From a bacterium (GTDB lineage: Bacteria; UBP14; UBA6098): 64,000 nt of DNA. Positions 49,201 to 56,494 of this stretch are shown piece after piece (position 1 is the stretch's first letter; every line of letters begins with the position of its first letter). Position numbers and translations under genes: made by a program. The stretch spans positions 14,462-78,461 of the forward strand of contig JAGLDC010000035.1 of assembly GCA_023145965.1 (NCBI GenBank), in the 5' to 3' direction. Under the pieces are notes generated by a model. It saw nothing but the letters and a program-made list of their open reading frames with translations, did not search any database and had not been told where the DNA came from.

Positions 49201-52106
49201 GTATCGTTATGCGCAGCAATTACTTCGTGAAGTGTGCTATCTACCCAAAGCGACATCCCTAGGCCTTCCCAAGTGTGAGAAAGCACGCCGAGACCATAAA
49301 AATATCTCGTGCCATTGACCGATATGTAGATACTCGAACTATCGAGACCAGACAGAGAATCGGCTATCCATGCTGAAATGAATGGGAATTCGTCACCAAT
49401 AACACTACTATCCGGCGGCTCGAATCCCCATGCCACCGGCGAACTGAGATCGACATAGAAAGTGCCGTGCGGGAGCAAGAATGTTGCTATCCCCAAATCG
49501 TCGGAAAGAGAATCCAGGCTCCATTCGATAGTGTCACCATCGGACCAAAGGGGTGATGGTGAATATACAAGTGTCGAATCATCCTCGATATATAAATTAG
49601 TGTGCAAAATCGAATATGTGATACCATCGACCGATAACCTTATCGACATAGTGTCGATCTCGACATCATCATTAACAATAAGCCTTATCTCCTGATCATT
49701 ACAGGATGTCCAAGCATAGTCGAAGGGATCCAACAGACTACTCCACGGCGGATCACAATCTACTACCGAATATTCCCATATCTCTGATGTATCGTAACCG
49801 CAAATATTCTGCGCGATAACCATCCAATGAATATTCTCGCTACAACTTGCAGCAGTATCGAAATAGGTTTCCGAGAGGTCCTCGCCAACGAGATCACCAT
49901 TCATATATACATCGTAGGTAATCGGCTCTTCACCGAGAGCAGGCTCCCAGAGTAAACTCAAATAACCTGGGATCATATCCGTTGTATCATCCGGAGGATA
50001 GGCCAAACTGAAATCAGAAGGCTTTTGAGCTATCAAAATCACAACCGTATCGCTTGCTGAACAACCGACACCATCCACTACATTCAAAACATATGTCGTT
50101 GTCGAATCGGGAGCGGCGTTTGGATTACCCATATAAGGATCATCAAGCCCATCTACTGGTGACCAATTGTAGTAATATAACCCATCACCGCCATCAGCCG
50201 TCGGAAATCCCCCAATCACAACGGTATCTCCATAACACACAGCCTGATCGGGTCCGGCATCTGCCACAAGAATTGGATCGATAGCCACCCGAGCTTCATC
50301 GTATCCGATACAACCCCCCGGCGAAATTACCGCAAGACCGTAAACAGTCATGGATGTGGGCGAAGCCGTTATTTCGCGTGTCGTTTGTCCATCGGGTGAC
50401 CATTGGTATGTATATCCCGGGAAATCCGGAGTAATCGTTGGGGTTAGAGTAACTGACTCTCCATCGCAAATAACCGTATCGCGTATATCCACTATTGGAT
50501 TAGGCTCAACGGTAATAGTAACAAACTGAGAATCTATACAATCGATTCTATCTGTAACGACAAGCCAATACGTCATGGTGCTTTCGGGGCAAGCAATTGG
50601 ATGAGGGTCGGTCGGATCAGAAAGAAAGTCCGCTGGGTGCCAGTTATAATACCAGTTATGGCCGGACACTTCGGTTGTATCTAGAACTGCATGAAGGATT
50701 GTGCAATCGTCTGTACAAAGAAGAGTTTCCTCTGCGTAGACGCCAACTCCGAAGTCCGCTGGCGCGGGAATATCGAAGCAGAAATTCTCTGTTACCGGAC
50801 CACCTCCAGTCCAGGTTACATTTACATCGTAACAAACGCGCGTTCCAACAACTGAAGGGCCTATAGCAATCGACCAATTCGCGAGACTGCTACCTCCGTA
50901 GCCCGCTAGCGTGCCAAGATTTTGAGGATTCGCACCAGATACTATACTAAGCCCCGGCGGTAAGGTAATCGCAACCTGAACATTGCTTGCTGAAGTAGAA
51001 CCTGGATTAGTAATAAGCGCATTAAGGGTAAAAGGATTCGGTAAAACCGTTACACATCCGGCATTGAAAGCTGGCGTGCTCGAAGTTATCGTTAAATCGG
51101 TTCCAGCAGAGATTTCTCCGATACCGTAGTAAGTAACGAATACAGCCGAATCGCCTTCACAAACTGAGCGGGGATACCATTTTACCATAGTTGCAGAATC
51201 CCCAAATGTTGATCCAGTGTCTATAATCCAATCGCCATCTGCCCAACCGTTACCAGCACTCGAACCCCAACTCCCATACCAGAAAACATCAGGCATTTCC
51301 GCTTCGAAACCAATCAAAATACCCAGAGCTGTCAGCGCTCCTGGGGCTGGAGGAAAACCTCCTTCATAAGCTCGCCAAATCGAAGGAATATCCGGTGCGA
51401 AAAATATCTCTGCGATACCTGTGTATCCATAGGCCGTGGAGATATCAGCAGCATCATCAGTGTCGAGCTTTGTATCGTAATAAACGATACAACCCACTTC
51501 ATGACAACTGCCATCGGCTGGTTTCATAACTGTTTTAAATTTTACTTGCTCGTTCTCACCGGGCACCCCCCCTAAGCTAACCGCCGATATTTCTTGCCTA
51601 ATATAAACTCCATGCCAGTTATCCCAAATCGAATAGGCAACGCTACCAGATATATAATTCGAGCTTGTATTCGGCATTGTTGCGGAGGTTTTAGCACTGT
51701 AACCATCGACATAATACATTATCCATTCTGTTCCGGGTGAATCAGGGAAAGAGAAGGTGAGTTTCTGGTAACTTCCTACACCAGCGGGATCGCCGCCCTC
51801 ATCGAACTCACCACTGGTCTCATCAACATCGGCACGCACATAACCATTAGCAGGACGCCAGTCCATAGGAGACGATGGGCGTTCCACTCTAGGACTTCTA
51901 TCCATGGAGGTTACCTCGGCAAATTCAAGCTTCCAATCTAAGTATGCCTCAGGGTCGGCATCGACATTTGGCATCAGAGAAAGAAGCGAATCGAGTGTAA
52001 TTCGCGCGGGATTATCGAGATCCGCAAAATCCGATTGTATCATCATTTCTGCAGCCATTGCCGCACAAATAAAGAATATTAAATAAAATATTATTAAAGC
52101 TTTCAT
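46233..52106 (-). CDS. Giant (1957 aa) secreted repeat adhesin-like protein with a type-B T9SS ('gliding motility-associated C-terminal') sorting domain
   Basis: Signal peptide. At least five tandem repeats of about 150 aa (…CDPQEI..., ...SVNG.RYG..., ...PDYC.PNTL..CW.F...). The C-terminus NNYPNPITPNGDGINDVAVFDYPE matches the type-B sorting-domain pattern (PN.FTPNGDG.ND). Confidence 0.8.
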   Translation of the reverse strand: MKALIIFYLIFFICAAMAAEMMIQSDFADLDNPARITLDSLLSLMPNVDADPEAYLDWKLEFAEVTSMDRSPRVERPSSPMDWRPANGYVRADVDETSGEFDEGGDPAGVGSYQKLTFSFPDSPGTEWIMYYVDGYSAKTSATMPNTSSNYISGSVAYSIWDNWHGVYIRQEISAVSLGGVPGENEQVKFKTVMKPADGSCHEVGCIVYYDTKLDTDDAADISTAYGYTGIAEIFFAPDIPSIWRAYEGGFPPAPGALTALGILIGFEAEMPDVFWYGSWGSSAGNGWADGDWIIDTGSTFGDSATMVKWYPRSVCEGDSAVFVTYYGIGEISAGTDLTITSSTPAFNAGCVTVLPNPFTLNALITNPGSTSASNVQVAITLPPGLSIVSGANPQNLGTLAGYGGSSLANWSIAIGPSVVGTRVCYDVNVTWTGGGPVTENFCFDIPAPADFGVGVYAEETLLCTDDCTILHAVLDTTEVSGHNWYYNWHPADFLSDPTDPHPIACPESTMTYWLVVTDRIDCIDSQFVTITVEPNPIVDIRDTVICDGESVTLTPTITPDFPGYTYQWSPDGQTTREITASPTSMTVYGLAVISPGGCIGYDEARVAIDPILVADAGPDQAVCYGDTVVIGGFPTADGGDGLYYYNWSPVDGLDDPYMGNPNAAPDSTTTYVLNVVDGVGCSASDTVVILIAQKPSDFSLAYPPDDTTDMIPGYLSLLWEPALGEEPITYDVYMNGDLVGEDLSETYFDTAASCSENIHWMVIAQNICGYDTSEIWEYSVVDCDPPWSSLLDPFDYAWTSCNDQEIRLIVNDDVEIDTMSIRLSVDGITYSILHTNLYIEDDSTLVYSPSPLWSDGDTIEWSLDSLSDDLGIATFLLPHGTFYVDLSSPVAWGFEPPDSSVIGDEFPFISAWIADSLSGLDSSSIYISVNGTRYFYGLGVLSHTWEGLGMSLWVDSTLHEVIAAHNDTLNICVGGFDSPDYCEPNTLEVCWTVFVDLEGPEADDGIDPVSEVPIDGLISACDDQGICIPLIDPPISHGVEESTIVLRVNGVDYGTDSPELSYSTDLLCFSPGVLWADGAPISVELVSAEDGVGNPLATTGLSWIYSIDLLPPLLSMASPVGATGTLVPTISWRLADIGAGIDYDSAFFAIDYFPSAGTTWYDISHSVFIHTGGGNYQVDVSAIPFTIVGGDTVRVCVHSEDTPDLCPPNVLDTCWLFWVPTGGPIGTVIEPLPSTYSACDPQEISLTISDINGVIETSILFSVNGTRYGIPASPELSYSSDTLTFFSPMGFFTDGEVVVCSLLYAEDIYANPNEDTLVWSFILDYSPPIIGAISPSPGSVISEICPNVTFDLADIGSGLDELSIDVTIEGTEHLGVSDGRVTWIGGNISFDLCDVISVTGGDLIDICVIANDSPDYCGPNTLDSCWSFSIESGGPVGSIIHPTDGVITSCDPQEIVVSIEDSNGVDDSTVVFSVNGVRYGIGELEIDWDEPTLTFDGGAGFFAHGSTVVCSLLSASDILGNELEAPLGWIFTVDYEPPELVSVTPISAVPVDDRSPIVRVVLDDLPAGIDYDAVSLDVEGYGVIDPTSTGLYWLGDTLAFDPDSLGILWTGGDSIELCLEIADLPDTAAPYCDANDTTYCWMLIISRGGPVGEIIEPGDGTVSACSLQQIIITLDDSNGIDEATIGLEVDGVLYTTSSTELDWSFPVLTWTPPSVWADGLVNVRLITADDMLGNPLTDAPIEWNYYMDLTPPTFANNFPLQTDLIRNVQTQAWIDVADNIAGVDPNELRMDIYRSTYDLSSPALTYSSGRLTFDPSIAGIEFVTGDTVMITVYAQDTPDYCSPNANQFTWWFLMEPKISCNNYPNPITPNGDGINDVAVFDYPEMYSGSAELLIFNKRNILVYQATIGPVIDLGDVANRVWNCREGGGQIAKEGLYLYLIQKSGETVCNGTLTIGR

Positions 52107-52275
52107 AAAAAATACTCCTGATCATTAATATACTATTCAATCAAATATATTTATTACATTCGCTAAATCAACAATTCTAATTCTCGGGAAAAAATCGATT
52201 GCTGTTAAATTTAACTTACCTAATGTTTTAGACTCCATTTTTTCTTTTTTATTAATATGCTCATCAATTTTTCCA

Positions 52276-52392
52276 TGCCGCTGTCACGATTTTTGCTATT
52301 CAAATCACTTTGTTTTATAAGCCACATTTTCTTATGCAAAAATCTCCACCAAGCCACCCCCTCGCTCGCGCCAGCGGCTCTATTTTTTTAGT
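52276..52392 (+). promoter_or_regulatory. Intergenic element copy 1: sigma54-like -24/-12 motif TGTCACG-ATTT-TTGC, conserved C-rich tract CCACCCCCTC, GC clamp and T8 run (candidate sRNA or regulatory cassette)
   Basis: A 22-bp identical core (CGCTGTCACGATTTTTGCTATT) and further conserved blocks are shared with 62370-62530. It lies in the divergent region between the giant adhesin gene and the PQQ-repeat lipoprotein gene. Confidence 0.4.
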
Positions 52393-52514
52393 GGGGAAAT
52401 ATAGACTTTGGTTTTTTAATTTACACCGAGAGCGAATAGTATTTAATTCCCGAACAATGACAACCACGATAGATGTTGCAAAGACATTCCTTTTGGATTA
52501 ACTTATAGCGATTT

Positions 52515-53672
52515 ATGAGGATTTGGACTTTGACATATTCGGTTTTGGTTGTTGCGCTATTGACATTATCATGCGCCGCGAGGTTCTCCATTCCAAGGGA
52601 ATTGCCTTCTGAGGAAAATCAATGGAGAGCGGTTCGTGGTGATAATTCAGGTTGGGCTTATGCTGGTGAGGGCACCGGCAAAGCGGCTATCCTTTGGCGG
52701 GTTAAAACCAAGATACCAATTATTTCGGCTCCGGTAGCTGGAGATGGCGCCATATTTGTGCCCTCGCCAAACCGGAGAGTATTGGTTTATGGTGCTGAAA
52801 CAGGCAAACGTATCGGACGCCTTTGGGTTGATGCTATGCCCGACAATGGTCTCGCGCTGGGAGGGGGACTTTTAGCTATTGCCGGTCGTGGTGAGTTTAA
52901 TCGCATTAGGGTATATGATTACCATGAAGGCACATTTCTCTGGGACAGGGATTCCGAACGCTCTTTCGCCGCGCCTATTCTTGTTGACAGCATCCTATAT
53001 TTCGCTATATCTACCGGTGCGATATTCTCTCTCGATGCTCGCACTGGAGAGAAGAATTGGCGCTATAAGATAGACGGGGCAGTTATCGACCATGAGCCAG
53101 CTTTCCGAGACAGCCTACTTTTCCTTGTGGACTCAAACAAGCGACTCTTAGCTCTCTCCGCTGATTCGGGCACAGTTCGTTGGTCGCTCGATTTACCATC
53201 CCCACCCTCTGGACAAGCTGTAGTCATCCCAGACCATGTTATTGTTTCAACAATGTCCGGCAAAATTCTTGCGGTTTTACTCGATGGTTCGGTGCGTGTT
53301 TCCATCGATGCTCCCGGCGAGCTTGGTTCCCCTGTTGCTTGTTCGGGTCCGACAATATATGGTGTAACCAAAAAAGGAATTGTTTTCGCTGGAGACCTTG
53401 GTCATGGAGGCATTCTATGGCAAACAAACCTCAGCGCACCAGTTATTGCGCCACCCGTCATTTGGGGTAAACAAATTGTTATCGTTACAGCCGAGGGCAA
53501 AATTTATCTGCTCTATTTTTCCGACGGTGCGATCGAACATACAATTGATCTTGAAGAGCCTGTTACAGCCCCACCGATTATCTATAATTCCAATTTATAT
53601 ATTGCAACAGAAACCGGCGAACTTATAGCCATTACTAGAAATATACAATCTTTGGAGCACAACAATGAATGA
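52515..53672 (+). CDS. PQQ-like beta-propeller repeat lipoprotein (BamB-like)
   Basis: Lipobox LTLSCAA. Repeated PQQ/BamB-type motifs (ILYFAISTGAIFSLDARTGEKNWRYKIDG, KIYLLYFSDGAIEHTIDL). Confidence 0.5.
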   Translation: MRIWTLTYSVLVVALLTLSCAARFSIPRELPSEENQWRAVRGDNSGWAYAGEGTGKAAILWRVKTKIPIISAPVAGDGAIFVPSPNRRVLVYGAETGKRIGRLWVDAMPDNGLALGGGLLAIAGRGEFNRIRVYDYHEGTFLWDRDSERSFAAPILVDSILYFAISTGAIFSLDARTGEKNWRYKIDGAVIDHEPAFRDSLLFLVDSNKRLLALSADSGTVRWSLDLPSPPSGQAVVIPDHVIVSTMSGKILAVLLDGSVRVSIDAPGELGSPVACSGPTIYGVTKKGIVFAGDLGHGGILWQTNLSAPVIAPPVIWGKQIVIVTAEGKIYLLYFSDGAIEHTIDLEEPVTAPPIIYNSNLYIATETGELIAITRNIQSLEHNNE

Positions 53673-55248
53673 AATAGACCCGAGAGACCAAAGACAGATA
53701 AGAATTGCCAAACTTGAAAAACTCCGCGAGACCGGGATAGATCCCTATCCATCGAGGATTGCTGAAGGCCGAGTGACAATCGAATTTGTTCTTCACGAAT
53801 GGGAACAACTAAAGCAAATAACCGACGAATCCGGCCAAGTAATCCGTGCTGGTTCTGTCGTGCATTTAGCTGGAAGGATAACCGCGCTTCGTATCCACGG
53901 TAAATCCATGTTTATCGGTATTGCCGATGGAACGGGCTCGTTTCAGCTATACCTTCGCATGAACACCCTTCTCGAACATAACCCGGAAGATACCGACAAT
54001 TATATACGCGCAAAAGACCTCGATCTTGGGGACTTTATTTCTGCAACGGGTGAGCTATTTACTACAAGAACTGGTGAACCAACCCTCGCGGCCCAAAAAT
54101 GGGAACTCGCGGCTAAGACACTTCTCCAACTCCCTGAAAAATACCATGGTCTCACCGACCCCGACCTTCGTCTTCGACAAAGATATTTGGATCTTCTCTC
54201 GAATCCTGAGGTTAAATATAATTTACAAAAGCGTGCGCTTATTATAAAAACTATCCGCACATATCTCGAGGAAGAAGGCTATATCGAGCTTGAAACTCCT
54301 ACACTGACTTCTCTTTATGGGGGCGCGGCAGCACGCCCATTTACTACTCATCACAACGCTCTCGATATCGACCTTTACCTTCGGATAGCCACAGAGCTTT
54401 ACCTAAAACGACTTATCGTGGGTGGCTTCGAGCGGATTTTTGAGATGGGTAAGGTTTTTCGCAACGAAGGAATAGATCGTAATCACAACCCGGAGTTCAC
54501 ACTTCTGGAGCTCTATGAGGCCTTCGCCGATTATAACCGCATGATGCAAATCGCCGAAGGACTCGTGGTAGCATCTGCTGTTGAAGTAGCCAAGTTTGGC
54601 GAGAAAAATAAAGAAAATTACATAAGAACTCTCGCCGATGGAACCGTCGTTATCGAGAGGGAGAACGCAATAATCACCTTCAATCGTCCATTCGAGCGCA
54701 TCAGCTTTGTGGATTCGATTATCGAGCTTACCAGCATTGATGTCCTTAACGCGGAAAAAACTGAACTAATTGAATTTTTCAAATCTCATGATATAGATTT
54801 CGATCCTAAGACTCCATTTTGGCCTTTGGTTGACAAGCTTTTTTCGGAAACTGTCGAGCCAAAGCTTATAAAACCTACTTTCGTCCTCGACTATCCCGTA
54901 GGCCTTTCGCCTCTGGCCAAACGCAAGGCCGATGCGCCAGAACTTACTGAACGCTTCGAACTTTTCATTGGCGGAGTAGAGATTGCCAATGCATTCAGCG
55001 AGCTTAACGATCCCCTCGACCAACGCGGGCGTATGGAAGCACAGCTTCTTCAGCGTGCCGAGGGCGATGAAGAAGCACCAAACCAAATCGACGAGGATTT
55101 CCTCACAGCCCTCGAACATGGAATGCCACCGACAGGTGGCATGGGTATCGGTATTGGAAGGCTTGTTACCTTACTCTCTGGTGCTCATAGTCTCAAAGAA
55201 GTTATACCATTTCCACTTCTCAAGCCAAAATCGATTGAACACGCGTGA
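53665..55248 (+). CDS. lysS: Lysine--tRNA ligase (class II)
   Basis: N-terminal anticodon-binding OB fold. Class II motifs (FRNEG, ELYEAF, GGMGIGIGRLVTLL). Full-length collinearity. Confidence 0.9.
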   Translation: MNEIDPRDQRQIRIAKLEKLRETGIDPYPSRIAEGRVTIEFVLHEWEQLKQITDESGQVIRAGSVVHLAGRITALRIHGKSMFIGIADGTGSFQLYLRMNTLLEHNPEDTDNYIRAKDLDLGDFISATGELFTTRTGEPTLAAQKWELAAKTLLQLPEKYHGLTDPDLRLRQRYLDLLSNPEVKYNLQKRALIIKTIRTYLEEEGYIELETPTLTSLYGGAAARPFTTHHNALDIDLYLRIATELYLKRLIVGGFERIFEMGKVFRNEGIDRNHNPEFTLLELYEAFADYNRMMQIAEGLVVASAVEVAKFGEKNKENYIRTLADGTVVIERENAIITFNRPFERISFVDSIIELTSIDVLNAEKTELIEFFKSHDIDFDPKTPFWPLVDKLFSETVEPKLIKPTFVLDYPVGLSPLAKRKADAPELTERFELFIGGVEIANAFSELNDPLDQRGRMEAQLLQRAEGDEEAPNQIDEDFLTALEHGMPPTGGMGIGIGRLVTLLSGAHSLKEVIPFPLLKPKSIEHA

Positions 55249-56471
55249 AGGTGCAGCTTTACATAGCGCTTAAGTTTTTGAGAGCACGTCACAGAAACCG
55301 CTTTGTCTCTCTGGTGGCAGTATTTGCCATAATCGGTATAGCCATTGGAGTTTCCGCCCTTATCGTTAGCCTATCCGTGATGAACGGTTTTGAAGGAGAG
55401 GTTCGAAGTCGAATCATTGGAACAGTATCTCATGTTAATGTATATTCCCTTCGAGCGGAGAGTATCGGTGACTGGGAACCTCTTCTCGAAACTCTTTCCC
55501 AAAGAGAAGATGTCGTTGCTGCTGCACCATTCGTTTATGGGAAAGTCCCCATTGCAAACGATGGTCTCTTCGACGGTATAATGCTTCGGGGGATTATACC
55601 CTCGCGCGAGGTATTTATAGGCAATCCCGAGAGCACCCTAGTCGATGGCGACTGGCTCCCCGAAATACCAGACTCTAACATCCCGCCAATAGCCTTAGGA
55701 TTATATCTTGCCCAAAACCTTTCCGCTAAACCCGGAGATACTGTCGTGATCTATGGTCTCGATGGTGCACGCGGAACACGCATCACCCCTAAGCTACACC
55801 GTTTTATCGTATGCGGCATCTTTGAAACAGGTATGTTCGACTTCGATGCCGCCCTCGGTTATATTAATCTTGAATCCGCACAGAGGATTTTCGATTTGGG
55901 TGAATCAGTTACCGGGATTGAACTTCGCATAAAGAATTTCTATGAAGCCGATAAAATCGCCTCCCATATTGAAGACGATCTCGCTTTCCCTTACTATGCT
56001 ATGTCCTGGGCCGAGATGAACAAGAACCTTTTCTCGTGGATGACTCTCGAAAAGTGGGGGCTTTTCTTGCTTTTGAGTCTTATAATCGCAGTTGCAGCAT
56101 TCAACATCGCCAGCACCTTGATTATGGTAGTTATGGAGAAAACTACCCAAATCGGCATACTGCGAGCTATGGGCGCAACATCGAAACTTATAGGTAAGGT
56201 TTTCTTCATTCAAGGCCTCATGCTTGGAGTTATAGGCACTTTCATCGGCGCTGTTATCGGCGTGGTTTTAGCATTTATTCAAAACCGCTGGGAAATTATC
56301 TCTCTCCCGGCAGATATATATTCAATTTCATCTCTACCGGTCAATATGCATCTCCTAGATGTCACTATTATCTGCATAATTTCTGTTTTGATAACCCTTC
56401 TCTCGAGTATCTACCCCGCGCTCAGAGCTGCAAAGTCCAACCCAATAGAGGCTATCCGTATGAACACCTAA
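55245..56471 (+). CDS. lolE: Lipoprotein-releasing system transmembrane permease (LolC/LolE, FtsX family)
   Basis: MKVQLYIALKFLRARHRNRFVS N-terminus. Four-TM FtsX architecture with a large periplasmic loop. Overlaps the lysS stop. Confidence 0.8.
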   Translation: MKVQLYIALKFLRARHRNRFVSLVAVFAIIGIAIGVSALIVSLSVMNGFEGEVRSRIIGTVSHVNVYSLRAESIGDWEPLLETLSQREDVVAAAPFVYGKVPIANDGLFDGIMLRGIIPSREVFIGNPESTLVDGDWLPEIPDSNIPPIALGLYLAQNLSAKPGDTVVIYGLDGARGTRITPKLHRFIVCGIFETGMFDFDAALGYINLESAQRIFDLGESVTGIELRIKNFYEADKIASHIEDDLAFPYYAMSWAEMNKNLFSWMTLEKWGLFLLLSLIIAVAAFNIASTLIMVVMEKTTQIGILRAMGATSKLIGKVFFIQGLMLGVIGTFIGAVIGVVLAFIQNRWEIISLPADIYSISSLPVNMHLLDVTIICIISVLITLLSSIYPALRAAKSNPIEAIRMNT

Positions 56472-56494
56472 CAATATCCAATAAAGGGGGATTT

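Noticed and set aside
52310-52501. 63-aa ORF (and its counterpart 62406-62597)
   Set aside because: Both are translations of the duplicated intergenic element in different registers. The similarity is at DNA level and there are no RBSs. Treated as non-coding.
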